The notes beneath the pieces were generated by a model. It saw nothing but the letters and a program-made list of their open reading frames with translations. It had not been told where the DNA came from and ran no database searches. From positions 1 to 64,000 of IMG/VR virus record IMGVR_UViG_3300020048_000043: a stretch of 64,000 nucleotides of DNA, one strand, 5' to 3'. Position 1 is the first letter of the stretch. Each line of letters opens with the position of its first letter. Of the stretch, positions 54,901-64,000 are shown one piece after another. The stretch is from an uncultured virus (IMG/VR IMGVR_UViG_3300020048_000043) (taxonomy: Duplodnaviria > Heunggongvirae > Uroviricota > Caudoviricetes). The translations under genes and the position numbers were made by a program.

Positions 54901-54922
54901 TTATATTTCCTCCTTTGTATTT

Positions 54923-55312
54923 TTAACGATTAACATATTGTGTAAGTTCAAACGTAACTTCTACATCATTTGCTTTTTCTGCTCTATGTTTTGCGTATAG
55001 TTTTTTAAATTCATCTAATTCAAGAAGAAATTCAATTTCCTTATCTTCTTGTTGTTCTATGAATTTTAGTTTTTGTGATATATACATAATAATATTTTCT
55101 GGTTCTTTTACTTGTTTAGCATATGTTAATAATTCTTCTAGACTTTCTTTCAAATAATCCCACATACTTTGAAATCCACCGATGTTAGTATCCAAGGATT
55201 CTATGATAGCAACAATTTCAAATTCATTATTACCCATCAACAAGTCTTCTTCTTTTTCTGTTAAACCTTCAATATTATTAAATAATGTTTCATTCTCAAA
55301 ATCAGAAAGCAT
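54923..55312 (-). CDS. Hypothetical acidic protein
   Basis: ORF with RBS. Confidence 0.55.
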   Translation of the reverse strand: MLSDFENETLFNNIEGLTEKEEDLLMGNNEFEIVAIIESLDTNIGGFQSMWDYLKESLEELLTYAKQVKEPENIIMYISQKLKFIEQQEDKEIEFLLELDEFKKLYAKHRAEKANDVEVTFELTQYVNR

Positions 55313-55325
55313 GTGATTCCCTCCT

Positions 55326-56123
55326 TTAAATAGAAGTGACTAATTCATACTTAAAAATAGCATCTGTTGTATTGTTTGTATAAAATCCATGTTTTTCAGA
55401 ATATCCCATTATATTAATAATAGGATTTGTTATGAAAATAATTTCTAATATTCTATTGTACACCATAGTTGTTAATAACATATCATAATCTTCTCTATAC
55501 ACAAAATTCTTAATGATGTTTTTATACAATAGTTTTTTATTCCATATATTACAATTTTTATTATACATTGGATCTATGTCTGATTTTTTCTTATATAAAT
55601 TTATAAATGGGTTGAAAGATAAATAATAACATCCCTCCTTATCTATTGTAGGTATAATGAATTTGAATTGTTCTCTTACATATTCTTTATCTTGAAAATC
55701 TGTATTTATTAATATAGAAAAATGAAATTTAAATTCTTTCACAAATGTTTGTATATCACATACACGATCACCCCATATAAAAATATATGATACATTTTCA
55801 TGAAAATTAAAATATGGAAGATTCAAAAATAAAGTAGACCAATCATGTGTTTGTAAAACTTTAATTTTATTTTCACAAAAGAAAGGTTTGACTGGATCAA
55901 AAAGAACATAATAATATGGTATGTTTTGTCCTACTAAAAACTTAGTTAAAATATTAGGTAAATATGAATTGACCATGTTACCTATTTGAACAAAAACTAT
56001 AGGTGTTTTTTTAACATGTTGTAGAGATTTTATAAAAACAATATCTTGTATATATGTATCTACTGTTTCTTGTGTATATTTTTCATAATAATCGAATGGT
56101 AGTAAATATTTATTTGATATCAT
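55326..56123 (-). CDS. Hypothetical protein next to the E1 gene
   Basis: 265 aa ORF. Confidence 0.55.
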   Translation of the reverse strand: MISNKYLLPFDYYEKYTQETVDTYIQDIVFIKSLQHVKKTPIVFVQIGNMVNSYLPNILTKFLVGQNIPYYYVLFDPVKPFFCENKIKVLQTHDWSTLFLNLPYFNFHENVSYIFIWGDRVCDIQTFVKEFKFHFSILINTDFQDKEYVREQFKFIIPTIDKEGCYYLSFNPFINLYKKKSDIDPMYNKNCNIWNKKLLYKNIIKNFVYREDYDMLLTTMVYNRILEIIFITNPIINIMGYSEKHGFYTNNTTDAIFKYELVTSI

Positions 56124-56125
56124 AT

Positions 56126-56761
56126 TTATTCCCTCGCAATTGTGTATTTATTTATAACAAATTTTGTGTGTGTTATTTTATTTTTCTCAATTAAATTAAT
56201 CACCGTATTAATAATCATAGACGCAGACATCATATTAGCAGCAATAGTTTGATCACCTAGTTCTGTACAAGATGCTACAGCAAGTTGTTCTTCTGTTATA
56301 TTTTTAAAATATTCTGTAATATCTTGTCCTATCTGATTTTGATAATCATACAATAGAACTTGCGCATAATTTCTTGTATTACCCCCATCTATATAATATA
56401 TAGGATATTCTTTAGCTTTTTCTTTAAAAACAGAATCTAGTTTCAATCTTACTGGAATTTTATCAACACAACCTATAACAACATTATGTTGTTCTTTATC
56501 CATAAAATCAAAAATATTTGTATCATCTACATAATAAGGAAAACTACCTACATTATAAGTAACACCTAAAACTGTAGATTTAGCAGAACCAATATCTTGT
56601 GTTAGAAAATTTTGTCTTTTAATGTTTTTTGCTTCTACAATATCTCCATCGAGAATATGATAATTGCTAATTTTATCTCTTCTCCTATGATAATACGAAG
56701 ATATAAAATGAATCAAATGTCCACCGGTTCCACCCGCACCTATTTGAATAATATTATACAC
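56126..56761 (-). CDS. ThiF/E1-like adenylating enzyme
   Basis: IGAGGTGG, DGDIVE.KN..RQNF, K, GCVD...R, IDGGN, SC. Confidence 0.88.
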   Translation of the reverse strand: MYNIIQIGAGGTGGHLIHFISSYYHRRRDKISNYHILDGDIVEAKNIKRQNFLTQDIGSAKSTVLGVTYNVGSFPYYVDDTNIFDFMDKEQHNVVIGCVDKIPVRLKLDSVFKEKAKEYPIYYIDGGNTRNYAQVLLYDYQNQIGQDITEYFKNITEEQLAVASCTELGDQTIAANMMSASMIINTVINLIEKNKITHTKFVINKYTIARE

Positions 56762-56790
56762 TTATAATTACCTCCATTTCCAGAAAAATA

Positions 56791-56817
56791 AAATGGGTGG
56801 AAATTAATCCACCCATT
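56791..56817 (-). terminator. Rho-independent terminator adjacent to the IS insertion site
   Basis: AATGGGTGGA/TCCACCCATT followed by a T-rich run on the - strand. Confidence 0.7.
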
Positions 56818-56876
56818 ACAGAGATCACGCGAGAAAGCCTACCGATTCAGCGGTAGGATGAATCGCGCTCTAGCAA

Positions 56877-56904
56877 TTGACTTTTTAAAACAATATGCTA
56901 TAAT
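56877..56904 (+). promoter_or_regulatory. Sigma70 promoter of tnpB
   Basis: TTGACT, 16 bp spacer, TATAAT with an extended -10 TG. Confidence 0.7.
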
Positions 56905-56939
56905 ATTTAAAACATTCTACAATAAGGTGGTGATCCAAA

Positions 56940-58163
56940 GTGGCAGATAAAATCATTCTCAACTACAAATATCTTCTTCGTCCTACAAAGCAGCAAAAAT
57001 CTACACTTTGGAATATCCTCCAATGTTGTAGACATCTATATAACGAAGGACTTGAACTTCGTAACGAATGTTATGAATGCGCGAAAATTGGTTTGAACAA
57101 ATACGATTTAGATGATTATTTCAAAAACCGTTATACGCATGTTCATTCACAAGTGAAACAAAACGTCAACAAACGGCTCGATACTGCGTTTAAGAATTTC
57201 TTCGAAAAACGAAGCAAGTATCCGAAATTTAAATCACGTAATCAGTATCGATCTTTCACATATCCACAAAGTGGTTTTCGTCTTATCAATGATAAACGAG
57301 TTAAACTATCCGGTGTTGGTGAAGTAAAACTTGTGCTTCACAGACCGTTAGTTGGTAAAATTAAAACATGTTCATTAAAACTTTCAAAAACAAATAAGTG
57401 GTATGTGATATTTTCTGTTGAAGTAGCATTAGAAGATTTTTTTAAAACACCCACTTCGCAAAACAAAAATGCCGTTGGTTTAGACATTGGCATTAAAACA
57501 TTTGCTTCACTATCTGACGGCACTCAGATTGAGAACCCAAGATTCTTGCTTAACTCAGAAAAGAAATTGAAACGAGCACAACGGAGGTTGTCTCGCAAGA
57601 AAAAGGGTTCTTGTAATCGTAAGAAACAAATACACAAACTCGCGAAGTTACATGAGCGGGTAGCGAATCAAAGAAGAAACTTTCACTTTCAAACAGCTCA
57701 CTGGCTAGTAAATAATTACGGACTTGTCGCAGTCGAAAACTTATCACCACAATTCATGATCAAGAATCACAAATTAGCAAAACACGCAAGTGATATTGCG
57801 ATTAGTCAATTCTTCAATATCTTGACTTACGAAGCCTACAAACACGGAACACTAGTAGGCCCCGTAAATCCGTATAACACTAGCCAGCTCTGTTCGAAGT
57901 GTAAACAGATTGTCTCAAAAGATTTGTCTGTGCGAACGCATCAGTGTCCCTATTGTGGGTTCACCTACGATAGAGATGTCAATGCGGCAATTAACATTGT
58001 TGATGGGATACCTGACCAGTTTAAGCAGGAATACATTCTTTTGAGAAACGATACGGTCGGAACTACCGAAATCTTAACGCCTGTGAAGACAAGCACCACT
58101 GTTTCTAATTCTTATGGATTAGAAATAAGTGCTGTCGTTGAAGCAGGAAGCCAACTGATTTAG
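56940..58163 (+). CDS. tnpB: TnpB RNA-guided endonuclease
   Basis: YKYLLRPT HTH, GLDIG, VAVENL, CSKC...CPYC, DRDVNAAINI. Confidence 0.95.
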   Translation: MADKIILNYKYLLRPTKQQKSTLWNILQCCRHLYNEGLELRNECYECAKIGLNKYDLDDYFKNRYTHVHSQVKQNVNKRLDTAFKNFFEKRSKYPKFKSRNQYRSFTYPQSGFRLINDKRVKLSGVGEVKLVLHRPLVGKIKTCSLKLSKTNKWYVIFSVEVALEDFFKTPTSQNKNAVGLDIGIKTFASLSDGTQIENPRFLLNSEKKLKRAQRRLSRKKKGSCNRKKQIHKLAKLHERVANQRRNFHFQTAHWLVNNYGLVAVENLSPQFMIKNHKLAKHASDIAISQFFNILTYEAYKHGTLVGPVNPYNTSQLCSKCKQIVSKDLSVRTHQCPYCGFTYDRDVNAAINIVDGIPDQFKQEYILLRNDTVGTTEILTPVKTSTTVSNSYGLEISAVVEAGSQLI

Positions 58164-58178
58164 CGGTTGGTAGTTCAC
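58047..58178 (+). ncRNA. omegaRNA scaffold (5' boundary approximate)
   Basis: Overlaps the tnpB 3' end and the right end; conserved in the miniature copy at ~21375-21506. Confidence 0.7.
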
Positions 58179-58182
58179 TGTT

Positions 58183-58713
58183 TCACATTGTTATTTTCTT
58201 TCTTGTATCCAATATATCTTGGTGATAAAAACTATGTTCGTTATTTTCTTTTAATGTTTGAATCCAATGTGTGTAATATTCTGTCGAAAGTATTTCACCA
58301 GGACACATAATAGGTATATCATATTTGACGCAATCTCTTATAGTATCTACATTATCTTCAAAATGACAAATTGGATTAAGTACATGTAATAGTTTTGCTT
58401 TATCTATGACATTATGATAAACACCACGAATTTTAAAATTATGAAAAGCACAATATTCAAAAATATTATCAGAAAGTTTAGGTTCTGTTTCTGATTCAAA
58501 TAGATAATGTTCTCTTCTTGTTACAATATAAAAATCTGTATGACAAGAAATTAAAGAAAATAATCTTCTTCTTGAATTAAATCTATCTGTTTTTTCCCAT
58601 AACGTATCATCGAAATCTGTTGTTACTTTGTATATAGAATTTAATGTATTATATAACATATCTTCTGTTGCGGAAAAATATACACCATGAATTTTTTTTG
58701 TAATAATTTTCAA
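58183..58713 (-). CDS. HAD-superfamily phosphatase-like protein
   Basis: DFDDTL motif I, VTRR, K, FEDN. Confidence 0.6.
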   Translation of the reverse strand: MKIITKKIHGVYFSATEDMLYNTLNSIYKVTTDFDDTLWEKTDRFNSRRRLFSLISCHTDFYIVTRREHYLFESETEPKLSDNIFEYCAFHNFKIRGVYHNVIDKAKLLHVLNPICHFEDNVDTIRDCVKYDIPIMCPGEILSTEYYTHWIQTLKENNEHSFYHQDILDTRKKITM

Positions 58714-59023
58714 TATTTATTCCTCCGTAATCAATGATACGTTTCTTCTTTTATGTTTATCATCTACAAATTGAATTTTAACTTTTGTTAGATTTTTCAT
58801 GATTCTTTTATACTGTACTTCTGTGATAGGTTCTTCATTCAATTCAATGTATGCTTGTTTAACTTCTTCGTATTTGATAGGAATCTTTTTCATCTTTGCA
58901 AAAATGATACTATACATTTTTGCTTCTGATGTATATCCTTGTTCAAGCAATCCTTCAAAAATCAAAGTAACTTGTTTTTGTTTATCTTTTTCATAACCTA
59001 AATCTATATTACATCGCATATAA

Positions 59024-60355
59024 TTAATCCTCCTCTATTTCAACAAGTTGAATATTTGAATTTAACTTAACATATTTTTTATATTGTGTTGGAACGCACA
59101 ATATAATTTTAATACGTTTAGATATTTTATTAAACATTTCAATATCTGAATCTATTAACATCAAATCTGTAATGCCTATCAAAATATCTATGGGACGTTT
59201 AGATAATTCTAGAATCATGTTTTTTAATAATGTTCCACCAAATCCTTTAAATTGAATACGTTCTATTTGTTTTTTTGATACATTTTTATAATCAAATTGT
59301 TTTTCTACATCTCCTCCAATTAAATAATCTATTCCACCAATGGATGCGATCCCTGCTATATGACTTAACACTTTTGGTACATATGATAACATAGATCCAC
59401 TACTATCTATTAACACACCTATACGAGGATAATATAATTTTTTACGTCCTGGTTTTGGTATATCTAAATTAGACATACGTCTATTTGGACGCATCCATGT
59501 TTCTTTTTGACCTCTTATTTTAATAGCACGAGTAACAGATTTAGTTAATTGTTTTCTCCATTTTTGAATACTTGTTTGATATATTTTTAAACCATGTATG
59601 ATTGTTTTTCCAAGCTCTGAACCTATATTTATTTTAAGATCTTTTAATGCTTCTTGAATTATATTTTCATACATACTTTCAACTGCTTTTGATGGTTGTT
59701 CTATAAAATTATGTACATCTATTTTATCATAATTTAATTTTGAACAATCAAAATTTCCGCTTCCGGACATTCCTTCATTATCATTTGTATTGCTGTCCGT
59801 ATTGTTGTATTCTCCACCATCATTATTGGATCCAGGAGAATTGCTGCTATCTGATGATCCACTTCCTTTTTCATTTTCATTAGTCTGCTGTTGTGTTTGA
59901 TCATTATTAGGTTCCTCCTCTTTAGGAAAATTATTATAAATATATTCCCATGTGTTTTTATCCATTATATCAAATAAACCGGAATACAATGTACCTGGTT
60001 TATGGTTAACAACAGACGAAACTTTTTTAATATCAGGATTGAGATATGGTTGTATGGAAGCATCCAATGAAATATTTAATTTCCAAGAATCATACAAACT
60101 AGTATCTATAAATAAATGACCAAACGCAATATGACTTGCTTCATGTAACAACGCAAATTGTAAATCCGATTCCGTTTGATAAAACTCGTGATTTAAATTT
60201 ATTTCTATAAAAATACTTTTTCTAGTCATAGAAACTCTTGCCGGTTGATCTAAATCGATATTGTTGCGTATAATACAATTGGTGAGTATTCGATAACAAA
60301 GTTTTTGAAAAATATTTCCAAATTTTAACTTATTTAGAACTAATTGTACATCCAT
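59024..60355 (-). CDS. HExxH metallopeptidase-like + vWA domain protein (DUF2201-like)
   Basis: LLHEASH...H, Asn/Ser/Gly-rich linker, W.RPNRR, IDSSGSM MIDAS, GGT, TD. Confidence 0.82.
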   Translation of the reverse strand: MDVQLVLNKLKFGNIFQKLCYRILTNCIIRNNIDLDQPARVSMTRKSIFIEINLNHEFYQTESDLQFALLHEASHIAFGHLFIDTSLYDSWKLNISLDASIQPYLNPDIKKVSSVVNHKPGTLYSGLFDIMDKNTWEYIYNNFPKEEEPNNDQTQQQTNENEKGSGSSDSSNSPGSNNDGGEYNNTDSNTNDNEGMSGSGNFDCSKLNYDKIDVHNFIEQPSKAVESMYENIIQEALKDLKINIGSELGKTIIHGLKIYQTSIQKWRKQLTKSVTRAIKIRGQKETWMRPNRRMSNLDIPKPGRKKLYYPRIGVLIDSSGSMLSYVPKVLSHIAGIASIGGIDYLIGGDVEKQFDYKNVSKKQIERIQFKGFGGTLLKNMILELSKRPIDILIGITDLMLIDSDIEMFNKISKRIKIILCVPTQYKKYVKLNSNIQLVEIEED

Positions 60356-60357
60356 AT

Positions 60358-60852
60358 TTATTCCTCCTTAAACATATTTTCTTTTGTTGTCCTATATAAT
60401 TTCCTCCCTCTTATATTATATTGCGTATATTTAGAAAAAGAAGAAAGATCTTGTTTATTAGCATCCATCAAATATAAATCTATTTCTTTTGTATTGAATA
60501 TATTTACAGTCATGTATCCTGTTGGCGTATGTAACGAATTCCAACGCTGAACAATAGCATTATTTACATTTAACAATATATTCAACAATGGCATCAAATA
60601 TGTTTCTTTCAATGATTCTGATTTAATTTCAACTTTTAGATCACCGATAAAATTATTACCAAGTAATGTTTTTACAAATGGATGAATTAATGAAATATCA
60701 TTTGTATATATTAATGCTCTTGCTCCTTCCATTGGACATTGTGTCATATCTTTTAAATCTCTTATATCCTTATACAAATTAAAACCGGTCATCATACAAA
60801 ATAATTTTTCATCTGATGCGATATACAAACCATTAGTAATAAGCTGTTTCAT
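60358..60852 (-). CDS. Hypothetical protein
   Basis: ORF between the MoxR and vWA genes. Confidence 0.6.
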   Translation of the reverse strand: MKQLITNGLYIASDEKLFCMMTGFNLYKDIRDLKDMTQCPMEGARALIYTNDISLIHPFVKTLLGNNFIGDLKVEIKSESLKETYLMPLLNILLNVNNAIVQRWNSLHTPTGYMTVNIFNTKEIDLYLMDANKQDLSSFSKYTQYNIRGRKLYRTTKENMFKEE

Positions 60853-60865
60853 ACTTTAAACCTCC

Positions 60866-61882
60866 TTAATTATTTGTAATAATAGAAATAGAATCTAAGA
60901 ACTTCTGTTCACGATAAAGTTCTTCTATTCCAGAATCTATTTCTGTTAACATACGACGTAGAACTGCTGGATGTGTTTCCGCATTACGATAAAACCATTC
61001 AGCAACTATATTAGGTGTAGTAAGTTCTTTTCCTGTATTAAGCTGTTGTATAATTTCATTACTAATACTTAATGCTGTTTCATTTGACAAATCTTCTAGA
61101 AATAACATAGATAAATCTTTATTATCAAAATATGTATCCAAAACAGAAGCAAATTGAACTGCTGCTTTCTGTCCTACCATTCCACGAATAATAATATCCA
61201 ACGCATCCAACGGTTGAATATGATTGTTCTTACAATAATGTAGAATATCAATCAACTGTGTCCATACACGTGGTTTAGGTTTTATATTAATATTCATTAC
61301 ATTTCTTACTTCATCTATAAACAACTCTGGATGTTTCTTTAAAAATGAAATTACTTTATCATCATACTTATTTTTATTTCTTAACCATTTTTCCCAACTA
61401 GAAAATTCTGCCATCACTTCAATGAAAATAAATCGTGCTATGAATGCTGCGTCGTCAAAACTATATACTAAATCAAATTCTTCAGAATCCGGATTCATTG
61501 CTGTCATAATCCAAGTTCCTTTTGGTAGTTTGTGTTCATGTAACTGTTTGGCTAGCATCATTGGCATTATAGCATTTAATACATCTTTATTAGTTCTATT
61601 AAGTTCATCTACAAAGATAATATATTTATTTTCTTCACTTTCATGTGGAAACCAAAAAGGTGCAGCCCAATGCATTTTTCCATCATCTGATTTATACGGA
61701 TAACCAATTAAATCTTCTGTATTTTGTAGGGAAAGTTCGACTTTTATAAGTTCTCTATTATTACGTTTAGCAATAATAGAACCCATATCTGTTTTTCCAA
61801 CACCTGTATCTCCTAATAAACAAGGAACATGTCCAGTTGCCATTGAAAGTTCTACTGCTTGTTCAATTATAAATCTATTCAT
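60866..61882 (-). CDS. MoxR-like AAA+ ATPase
   Basis: GDTGVGKT, DLIGYP, FVDELNR, TAMNP, D.AF..RF, PR.W. Confidence 0.88.
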   Translation of the reverse strand: MNRFIIEQAVELSMATGHVPCLLGDTGVGKTDMGSIIAKRNNRELIKVELSLQNTEDLIGYPYKSDDGKMHWAAPFWFPHESEENKYIIFVDELNRTNKDVLNAIMPMMLAKQLHEHKLPKGTWIMTAMNPDSEEFDLVYSFDDAAFIARFIFIEVMAEFSSWEKWLRNKNKYDDKVISFLKKHPELFIDEVRNVMNINIKPKPRVWTQLIDILHYCKNNHIQPLDALDIIIRGMVGQKAAVQFASVLDTYFDNKDLSMLFLEDLSNETALSISNEIIQQLNTGKELTTPNIVAEWFYRNAETHPAVLRRMLTEIDSGIEELYREQKFLDSISIITNN

Positions 61883-61966
61883 TTGAATCCTCCTTTTGAC
61901 AGAAAAATATAATGGGCCTATTTCTAGACCCATTAATATTTAGTCTATATTTACTTTCAATTAAAA

Positions 61967-62584
61967 TTACACCTCTTCTTCGTAATAATTTTTTACTGCT
62001 TGTTTCAAATAAACCCATTCATCACAAGAAATAAGTTTTTCTTTTCGTTTACCTTCAAATTCTTTGATAAGATGTAATGCAAGTTCTATAATATATTCTG
62101 TATCTTTTATTTGTTTTTCATTTGATACAGTATTATTAATTTCTTCAGAAAAGTCTTTTAAATCTGTTGGAAAAATAGTACACATAGACTCTGTATTAAT
62201 CATAGAGTCTGTAAGAGAAATTTTTATAATTTCATATGGCACATAATATTGATATTCTATTTTTCTACCGATTCCATATAATCTTTTGTATTTTATGATA
62301 TTTGGATAATTTTTAATTATATATCTAAGATAACGTTTAGTATAGGAAGAACTATAAAAATTTGATTCTTGATTACACACAAATTCTTCTGTTATCGGAT
62401 TTCTTTTTATGGAAAAAACAAAATTGATAAAATATTTTAAATTCTCACATATTGTTTGTTCTGTAATAACACCATTGAACCAGCATTTTATAAACGGATG
62501 TACACTTTCTTTAATTTCTCCATTTTCTGTTTTATAAACAAAACGTATGTCTTTCATAGAATAATCAGCCATATAATCACACAC
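61967..62584 (-). CDS. Hypothetical protein
   Basis: ORF with RBS. Confidence 0.55.
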   Translation of the reverse strand: MCDYMADYSMKDIRFVYKTENGEIKESVHPFIKCWFNGVITEQTICENLKYFINFVFSIKRNPITEEFVCNQESNFYSSSYTKRYLRYIIKNYPNIIKYKRLYGIGRKIEYQYYVPYEIIKISLTDSMINTESMCTIFPTDLKDFSEEINNTVSNEKQIKDTEYIIELALHLIKEFEGKRKEKLISCDEWVYLKQAVKNYYEEEV

Positions 62585-62602
62585 TCCTTTATAAATAAAA
62601 TA

Positions 62603-63514
62603 TTAAAGTAACAAAGATAATTGATCTACTGTAAGTTGAAATCCTGCTGCTCCTTGATGTCCACCTCCACCATATTTTTTAGCAATATTACCTACATGAA
62701 TATGTTGTTTTGGTGTATATAAACCCACATAGACTTTTTTATCAGAACCAATACTATAAGTAATCATCATATCATGTTCATCTTCATCGAAAATTGGATC
62801 CAAACTCAAACTACCTTGTCCCATCTTATTAATGACAAGTGCTTTTTTACCTTCAAACTTAATTACATATGCTGCTTTCTTTGCTTGTTCTGTATTTCTT
62901 TTTGTAATATATTGTTTAATAATTTTCCCTTTTATAATAAGAGATTCTACGATTGAATTGGGTTCTTCATTGAAGAATATATCCCAAATATTACTTGGAT
63001 CGTTTAAATCTGTAATTTGACTTTCCATTCCGTATTTAAATGGCATAATAATATTTTCCCACTGTTCTTTATCTTCATTTTTCCAACAATCGAACGTATC
63101 TATATACTTAACCCATATTGGCATATTTTCTGTACTAAAACAATATGTCCAACATAGATATGTAGCAGAATAATCTTTATGTCTTACACCAACAATCATA
63201 TCTTGTTTATCTTTCATCTTTTGAAATGCTGTAACATGATGATCTATCCAAACCATGTTCTTTTCAACAATACTGTATATATAATCCATAATATCTGTAT
63301 CAAAACAAAAATCTACAATATACACAACATCATCTTTTGTAATAGCTGCTTCTTCTATTAACTTTTTTTGATTATCAATATCATAATTACATTCATATGT
63401 ATGAATTTTACTTTCTACTTTTTCTCCATATGTTTTTAACATATAATTTTTAATAATAGCTCCAGATGCTTGCCCATCTAAATCATCGTGATGAAAAATA
63501 ACATACTTAGACAT
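62603..63514 (-). CDS. DHH/DHHA1 phosphoesterase
   Basis: HHDDLDG, VDF, IDHH, GGGGHQGAAGF. Confidence 0.9.
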   Translation of the reverse strand: MSKYVIFHHDDLDGQASGAIIKNYMLKTYGEKVESKIHTYECNYDIDNQKKLIEEAAITKDDVVYIVDFCFDTDIMDYIYSIVEKNMVWIDHHVTAFQKMKDKQDMIVGVRHKDYSATYLCWTYCFSTENMPIWVKYIDTFDCWKNEDKEQWENIIMPFKYGMESQITDLNDPSNIWDIFFNEEPNSIVESLIIKGKIIKQYITKRNTEQAKKAAYVIKFEGKKALVINKMGQGSLSLDPIFDEDEHDMMITYSIGSDKKVYVGLYTPKQHIHVGNIAKKYGGGGHQGAAGFQLTVDQLSLLL

Positions 63515-63809
63515 TTGAATCCTCCTTTTTAAAATACAAACCTACTTCTGTAAGTACTTCTCTAGCTGCTTTCCATACATTATCTTTTAACATATCGTGT
63601 TGTACTCTATCTGTTTCTTTAATATCTTTAAGTCTTACAAGTTCATTCAATACAGCATATGCTTCTGGTAATTGTTCTATCATTTTTTTCATAGAATCTG
63701 AAACGCGGATACCATTGATATCCGCGTGTAGAATAACATCGTCGTTTTCATTTACGATATTATAACAAAATTGACTATTTACTTCAGGTTTTTGAAAAAA
63801 CCAAGCCAT
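63507..63809 (-). CDS. Hypothetical protein
   Basis: ORF with RBS. Confidence 0.55.
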   Translation of the reverse strand: MAWFFQKPEVNSQFCYNIVNENDDVILHADINGIRVSDSMKKMIEQLPEAYAVLNELVRLKDIKETDRVQHDMLKDNVWKAAREVLTEVGLYFKKEDSNV

Positions 63810-64000
63810 ATTACTTTTCCTCTCCTACCCAAACATGAATGCCAAATTTTCTTTTGATATGTTCTACCAACGAAACATACATTTCTTTGTATTCTTTTTT
63901 CTTTTCTTCACAACGTTTATTTTGTATTTTTAGATGTTCTATAGTTTTAAGTAATTCCATATTATCGTTTTGAAGTTGTGTGTTTGTAAGAGATAATGTT

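Larger units (their letters stand above)
56820..58178 (+). mobile_element. IS200/IS605-family element with tnpB only (IS1341-like)
   Basis: Inserted after TTAC; left end AAAG + CCTACCG/CGGTAGG hairpin; right end GAAG + hairpin + TCAC; no tnpA; oriented opposite to the flanking genes. Confidence 0.9.

Noticed and set aside
55326..56123. Degenerate second ThiF/E1 paralog
   Set aside because: Only a vague Rossmann-like start; the nucleotide-binding and RQ motifs are absent.

Overview
An AT-rich 64 kb segment of a large contractile-tailed (myovirus-like, probably jumbo) phage. It uses the standard genetic code with strong AGGAGG ribosome-binding sites. Positions 1-21 kb are a + strand packaging/virion block: large terminase, tail sheath, tail tube, baseplate wedge, a tape-measure-like protein with M23 peptidase domains, and a LigD phosphoesterase. 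Positions 21-64 kb are a - strand block of small hypothetical genes plus DNA repair and metabolism genes: DenV, RNase HI, dUTPase, NADAR, NAD+ ligase, Rad50/Mre11, DHH, and a MoxR-vWA pair. Main observations: (1) eight otherwise divergent proteins share an N-terminal MK(I/L/C)RxG(F/W)(V/I)SNSS(S/T)(S/C)SF tag and co-occur with an atypical CX7CX2C radical SAM enzyme, a candidate protein-modification system. (2) A group I intron carrying an intact TnpB (IStron-like) apparently splits the Walker B motif of the terminase. (3) An IS605-type TnpB element has a 298 bp TnpB-less copy that retains the omegaRNA. (4) The phage carries E1/E2/JAB ubiquitin-like conjugation genes with no obvious Ubl. (5) A secreted GH5 has a Synergistetes-type C-terminal sorting signal, a possible host clue. 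All calls come from reading motifs by eye; no searches were run.
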